This document shows positions 61,725-64,000 of a stretch of 64,000 nucleotides of DNA, piece after piece. The notes below the pieces were generated by a model, which worked only from the letters and a program-made list of their open reading frames with translations, had not been told where the DNA came from and did no database searches. The stretch comes from Alphaproteobacteria bacterium (GTDB lineage: Bacteria > Pseudomonadota > Alphaproteobacteria > Bin95), in NCBI GenBank assembly GCA_963665325.3, contig CAXXWS020000003.1:928001-992000 (forward strand). Reading direction: 5' to 3'. The position numbers and the translations under genes were made by a program. Numbering within the stretch: the stretch's first letter is position 1; each line of letters opens with the position of its first letter.

Positions 61725-63092
61725 TCACGCTTGTCCACGGATGGCGTTTGCCACCCGGACGATGGCGGCGAGGCTTCGCTCCACGTCTTCGTCAGTCGTG
61801 GCCCATGACGAGACGCTGATGCGCATTGCGGCGCGGCCGTTCCACCGGGTGCCCCCGCACCAGCAGGTCCCTTCGCGCTGCACGCCGCGGATGACCTCCC
61901 CGGTCGTCCGGTCGTCGCCGAAAGCGACGAGCACCTGGTTCAGCACCACGTCGTTGAGGATTTCGAAGCCGGCGTCCCCCAGCCCGGCCGCGAAGCGCCG
62001 CGCCTGCCGGCAATTGCGCTCGACCAGCTCCGCCAGGCCGTCGCGGCCGAGCGACGCCAGCGCCGCCCAGACCTCGACGCCGCGCATGCGCCGGCTGGTC
62101 TCCGGCGTGAACTCGAACGGCTCCCGGTTCTCCGGATCGGGGAGATAGTCGGCCTGCACCGACATCGCGCCGCGCAACGCGCTGGCGTCGCGCACGATGG
62201 CGAGGCCGCTGTCATACGGCACGTTCAGCCACTTGTGCGCATCGGCCGCCCAGGAGTCGGCCTGCTCGATGCCCTGCGCCAGCGCCGCGAACCCCGGTGA
62301 AACCCTCGCCCAGAGGCCGAAGGCGCCGTCCACATGGACCCGGACGTCATCGGCGCGGACCGCCTCGCATATCGCGCCCACCGGATCGAACGCGCCGGTG
62401 TTCACATTCCCCGCCTGCGTGCAGACGATGGCCGGACCGTCCGGAGCGGGCAGCGCATCCACGCGCATGCGGCCCTGACCGTCTGCCGGCACCCGGACCA
62501 CCCGGTCCCGCCCGAGCCCGAGCATGCCCAGCGCCTTGAACAGCGTAGCGTGCGCCTGTTCGCCCACCACAACGGTGATTTCGGGAGCCGCATGGAGCCC
62601 GTCCCGGTCCACGTCATGGCCGTGCGCAAGCAGGACGGCGCGGCGGTCGGCGGCGAGTGCGGCGAAGTTCGCCATCGTCGCGCCGGTGACGAACGCGGTC
62701 CCGGCATCCGCCGGCAGGTCGAGCGCGTCGAGCACCCACCGCGCTGCGACCCGCTCGACCGCGGCGCCGACCGGCGAGCTGACCTCGCTGAAGGCGTTCT
62801 GGTCCCACGCGGCCGCCAGCCAGTTCGCGGCCAGCGGCGCCGGCAGGACGCCGCCGGTCACGAAGCCGAAATAGCGCGGGCCCGCGCTCGCAACCACGCC
62901 CTGATCGCCGATCTCGTCGAGGCGGGAGAGAATCTCAGAGGCCGGCAGCCCCGCTTTCGGCAGCGCCCCGCCCAGCGCCGCCACCAGTTCGCCCGCCCCG
63001 CGCGCCGCAACCACAGGGCGCTCCGGAAGCGAGTCCAGAAACCGGGCCGCGCGCCGGACCGTCTCGTCCAGCAACTCCCGCATGCCGTTCAT
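61725..63092 (-). CDS. Group II PLP-dependent decarboxylase
   Basis: RYFGFV, GATMANF, HVDGAFG, DAHKWLNVPY. Confidence 0.9.
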   Translation of the reverse strand: MNGMRELLDETVRRAARFLDSLPERPVVAARGAGELVAALGGALPKAGLPASEILSRLDEIGDQGVVASAGPRYFGFVTGGVLPAPLAANWLAAAWDQNAFSEVSSPVGAAVERVAARWVLDALDLPADAGTAFVTGATMANFAALAADRRAVLLAHGHDVDRDGLHAAPEITVVVGEQAHATLFKALGMLGLGRDRVVRVPADGQGRMRVDALPAPDGPAIVCTQAGNVNTGAFDPVGAICEAVRADDVRVHVDGAFGLWARVSPGFAALAQGIEQADSWAADAHKWLNVPYDSGLAIVRDASALRGAMSVQADYLPDPENREPFEFTPETSRRMRGVEVWAALASLGRDGLAELVERNCRQARRFAAGLGDAGFEILNDVVLNQVLVAFGDDRTTGEVIRGVQREGTCWCGGTRWNGRAAMRISVSSWATTDEDVERSLAAIVRVANAIRGQA

Positions 63093-63207
63093 GCCGCATC
63101 CGCTCCCGGTGCGCCTACGAATCGTGCGCCCTTGCGCGCGTGAGGCGCCGCAAAACAGCCTGCCCATCATATCCGCAGGCGAGTCGCCGCGACAGCTCTC
63201 AACCGGG

Positions 63208-64000
63208 TCAGGAAACTGCGAACTCCAGGCTCACCCTGAGGCCGGGTGGGCTCCCGCCGGGCGCCGCGTCGGCCAGCACCAGCCGGGCGTTGTGCCGGCG
63301 GGCGGCGGCGGCGGCGAGCGCCAGGCCGAGCCCGTTGCCGGGCAGGTGGCGGCTCGGGTCGAGGCGCACGAAGCGCTCGAGCACGCGCTCCCGGTCTTCC
63401 GGCGCGATACCGGGGCCGCTGTCGGCCACGGTCACGCCGGACGGGCCGACGGTCACCGAGACCTGGCCGCCTTCCGGCGTGTATTTGACCGCATTGTCGA
63501 TGAGGTTGGAGAGCGCCTGGGCCAGCAGTTCCGGCTGACCCTGGATTTCCGGCGGGGCTCCGTCCTGCGCGAATTCGAGTTCGATGCCTCGTTCCGCCGC
63601 CGAGGGTTGATGGAGCTCCGTCAGGTCTTCCCCGAGTCCGGCCAGATCGACAGGGAGGGTCGGGGCGGGGCCGGAGTCCGCCCGCGCGATGGCAAGCAGG
63701 GTGTTGAAGGTGTCCATGAGTTCCCGCACCTCGGCGACCGTGCGCTCCAGCGCGTCCCGGTAGGCGCCGGCCTCGGCGGGCCCCCGCAGCACGTCCTCCA
63801 GCCGCGCATGCAGGCGCGCCAGCGGCCGGCGGAGGTCGTGGGCGACATTGTCCGTCACTTCGCGCAGCTCGTTCATCAGCAGCTCGATGCGCGCCAGCAT
63901 CCGGTTCACGCTCGTCGCGAGGTCGTCGAACTCATCGCCGCGCCCCGTCACCTGCACCCGGCGCGACAGGTCCCCGTCCTGCATGATCCGCCGCCCGGTT
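63208..64000 (-). CDS. HAMP sensor histidine kinase (5' end outside the window)
   Basis: HAMP (DEFDDLA), AHDLRRPL, NLIDNAVKY, DSGPGI, GLGLA. Confidence 0.9.
   Translation of the reverse strand, partial: TGRRIMQDGDLSRRVQVTGRGDEFDDLATSVNRMLARIELLMNELREVTDNVAHDLRRPLARLHARLEDVLRGPAEAGAYRDALERTVAEVRELMDTFNTLLAIARADSGPAPTLPVDLAGLGEDLTELHQPSAAERGIELEFAQDGAPPEIQGQPELLAQALSNLIDNAVKYTPEGGQVSVTVGPSGVTVADSGPGIAPEDRERVLERFVRLDPSRHLPGNGLGLALAAAAARRHNARLVLADAAPGGSPPGLRVSLEFAVS

Overview
GC-rich bacterial DNA. The housekeeping genes (dnaK/dnaJ, rho, NYN-folK) look alphaproteobacterial, and the Calx-beta autotransporter, haloperoxidase and heavy TA load resemble marine sponge-symbiont genomes; host and habitat are inferences. 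About 1-23.5 kb is nested mobile DNA. A truncated autotransporter is followed by a four-gene transposon (Zn/HTH protein, DDE transposase, ExeA-type ATPase, RepA-like helicase with an iteron-like array). Next is part of a MOBF conjugative element: TraD, TraI, an F-like oriT, and a putative leading region with ssDNA-promoter-like hairpins, a SLOG protein, SSB, a six-zinc-finger/AP2-like protein and about five TA modules. This element ends inside a tyrosine-integrase gene whose own element appears to interrupt a porin gene beside a Tat-exported vanadium haloperoxidase. About 26-64 kb is mostly chromosomal metabolism with three more TA pairs, two copies of a MITE, and a HisD-paralog / amidohydrolase-pair / Rieske operon resembling AibH1H2-type dinuclear hydroxylases. 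No CRISPR array, tRNA or rRNA was seen. All calls come from reading motifs by eye; no database searches were run.
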